IMG/VR virus record: IMGVR_UViG_2585427725_000018
Length of the DNA: 35,588 nt
From: a virus
Taxonomy: Duplodnaviria; Heunggongvirae; Uroviricota; Caudoviricetes
Reading direction: 5' to 3' (one strand)
Under the pieces are notes generated by a model, which searched no databases, was not told the origin of the DNA, and worked only from the letters and a program-made list of their open reading frames with translations. Every line of letters begins with the position of its first letter. Position 1 is the first letter of the stretch. Positions 34,135 through 35,588 of the stretch are shown one piece after another. The position numbers and the translations under genes were made by a program.

Positions 34135-34229
34135 GTGATAATCTCCCTGTTTGGGGTATTTCTTGCGACGGATGCCCCAAATCAAACTCATTTGTATAAA
34201 CATTAATACAGACGTTGGAGAATTGCAAC
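34135..34229. promoter_or_regulatory. Divergent cox/C switch region (early and repressor promoters, operators)
   Basis: 95 bp between divergent cox and C starts; contains an imperfect inverted repeat tttggggtat-N12-atgccccaaa (34150-34181) and an AT-rich TGTATAAACATTAATACA element. Individual promoters not resolved. Confidence 0.5.
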
Positions 34230-34532
34230 ATGCGTATGACTATTGGAGAGCGCATAAAAATCATGCGTGAAAGCGAGAGACTTACTAGCCTCCCGGATAC
34301 AGCAAAAATGCTTGGTTTAAACCGTGATGCTCTGTGGAGATATGAAAGCGGTAAAACTATCCCTAATGCTGAAGTAATTGAGCAAATACTAAACAACCCC
34401 AGATTTGAGAAATATGCGTTGTGGTTTATGACTGGGAAAATTGCGCCTGAATCCGGGCAGATAGCTCCGGCTCTCGCACACTATGGGCAAGAGCCAACGG
34501 ACTTACCCCCATCCGAAAGGAAAATTGGCTAA
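34230..34532 (+). CDS. C: Immunity repressor C
   Basis: MRMTIGERIKIMRESE...YESGKTIP...KYALWFMTGKIAPESGQIAPALAHYGQ is near-collinear with P2 C (...KYTLWFMTNQIAPESGQIAPALAHFGQ). Confidence 0.9.
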   Translation: MRMTIGERIKIMRESERLTSLPDTAKMLGLNRDALWRYESGKTIPNAEVIEQILNNPRFEKYALWFMTGKIAPESGQIAPALAHYGQEPTDLPPSERKIG

Positions 34533-34598
34533 CCCTTTATTATTCTTACGTTTTACAAACTGGAAATGTCTTTCCTCGTTTCACCGGAGGGCTTGCCA

Positions 34599-35588
34599 AT
34601 GGCAATTAAAGCGCTCGATGGTGGACGGTATAAAGTGGATGTTAGACCGCGTGGCCGAAGTGGACGTCGGATTCAGCGGATTTTTAAGAAAAAGGCAGAT
34701 GCAGTGGCCTTTGAGCGTTATGTTCTCAGCCACATGCACGATAAGGAATGGCTTGAAAAGCCAACAGAGCAACGTCATCTCTCAGATCTGCTTCCGTTAT
34801 GGTGGGAATTGGGTGGACGCAATAAGCCATATGCTAACGGCGTTCTAACCAGGTTGAAAAAAATCATCAAAGAAATGAATGATCCAAGGGTTAGCCAGAT
34901 TAATGCTCGTTTCATGGCCGCTTATCGAAGCTCCCGTTTATCCTTGGGAGTAAAAGAGTCTACTGTTCGGCGTGATGAGTCGGATCTCGGAGGAATGTTT
35001 ACACTCCTGGCAAATGCCGGGGAATTTCACGGAGAAAATCCGCTCCGCGCCCTCCCCTCTTTGAAACGAAAATCACCCGAAATGACGTATCTCACCACGG
35101 AAGAAATCGCCAAATTACTGGATGCAGTAAGCGGTGATGCCCGGCGGATTACGCTACTTTGTCTCAGTACTGGGGCGAGATGGGGAGAAGCGAAAAATCT
35201 GCGCGCGGAACACATCATCAATAATCGCGTGACGTTTAACAAAACTAAAAACGGAAAAGTTCGAATTATTCCTGTCTCTGATGAAGTTGTTAGTGAGATC
35301 AAAACAAAGAAATCCGGCCTTTTGTTTGACGTCAATTATGAGGAATATCGCAAGGTGCTTCGCAGTGTTAAGCCAGACCTACCAAAAGGACAGGCTGTAC
35401 ATGTTCTACGCCATACCTTTGCTGCTCACTTTATGATTAATGGAGGAAATATACTTACGCTCCAGCGAATTATGGGGCACGCCACGATCCAGCAAACTAT
35501 GACCTATGCGCACCTCGCTCCTGATTTCCTCCAGGATGCAATTTCACTTAATCCGTTAAAAGGAGGCATCCACATTTCATCCACATAA
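34599..35588 (+). CDS. int: Tyrosine integrase
   Basis: MAIKALDGGRYKVDVRPRGRSGRRI...LLCLSTGARWGEA...HVLRHTFAAHFMINGG...TLQRIMGHATIQQTMTYAHLAPDFLQDAISLNPL is highly similar to P2 Int. The stop codon is the last three bases of the window. Confidence 0.9.
   Translation: MAIKALDGGRYKVDVRPRGRSGRRIQRIFKKKADAVAFERYVLSHMHDKEWLEKPTEQRHLSDLLPLWWELGGRNKPYANGVLTRLKKIIKEMNDPRVSQINARFMAAYRSSRLSLGVKESTVRRDESDLGGMFTLLANAGEFHGENPLRALPSLKRKSPEMTYLTTEEIAKLLDAVSGDARRITLLCLSTGARWGEAKNLRAEHIINNRVTFNKTKNGKVRIIPVSDEVVSEIKTKKSGLLFDVNYEEYRKVLRSVKPDLPKGQAVHVLRHTFAAHFMINGGNILTLQRIMGHATIQQTMTYAHLAPDFLQDAISLNPLKGGIHISST

Larger units (their letters stand above)
1105..35588. mobile_element. P2-family temperate phage genome (probable prophage), nearly complete from ogr to int
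   Basis: Contiguous set of proteins recognisable as P2 homologues: Ogr, D, FI, FII, E/E', T, U, G, H, I, J, W, V, S, R, spanins, endolysin, holin, X, L, M, N, O, P, Q, A, Cox, C, Int. Left boundary (attR) not identified; right end coincides with the int stop at the window edge. Confidence 0.9.

Noticed and set aside
1-35588. tRNA, rRNA, IS/transposase or DNA invertase genes
   Set aside because: No cloverleaf-like conserved tRNA segments, no rRNA-like sequence, and no transposase or Gin/Cin-like recombinase ORF seen; the only recombinase is the tyrosine integrase.

Overview
The window is an almost complete P2-family (Peduovirus-like) temperate phage genome, probably a prophage, running from ogr near the left end to the integrase stop codon at the right edge. 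Reading was by eye from the six-frame track and the raw sequence; no searches were run, so all homology calls are from recalled protein families, and coordinates of elements not on the ORF track may be off by a few nt. Clearly recognisable are the terminase/portal pair P-Q (+), capsid genes O-N-M-L, X, a holin-endolysin-spanin lysis cassette, tail completion R-S, baseplate V-W-J-I, tail fibre H and assembly protein G (all -), sheath/tube/chaperone/tape-measure/U (FI-FII-E-E'-T-U, here on +), D and ogr (-), replication protein A with a block of small early genes, the cox/C switch and int. Accessory content sits in four places: (1) an AT-rich two-gene cassette with its own promoter and terminator between D and ogr (top candidate for an undescribed defence or exclusion system); (2) an R1-type parM-parR partition cassette plus an Ea22-like gene in the slot where P2 carries old/tin; (3) a macro-domain protein with a tail-fibre-like His-box C-terminus, translationally coupled between H and G; (4) a hexapeptide acetyltransferase in the Z/fun-equivalent slot. 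A Hok/Gef-family toxin gene lies just outside ogr. The FI-U block is inverted relative to canonical P2 gene order. No tRNA, rRNA, CRISPR array or transposase was seen.
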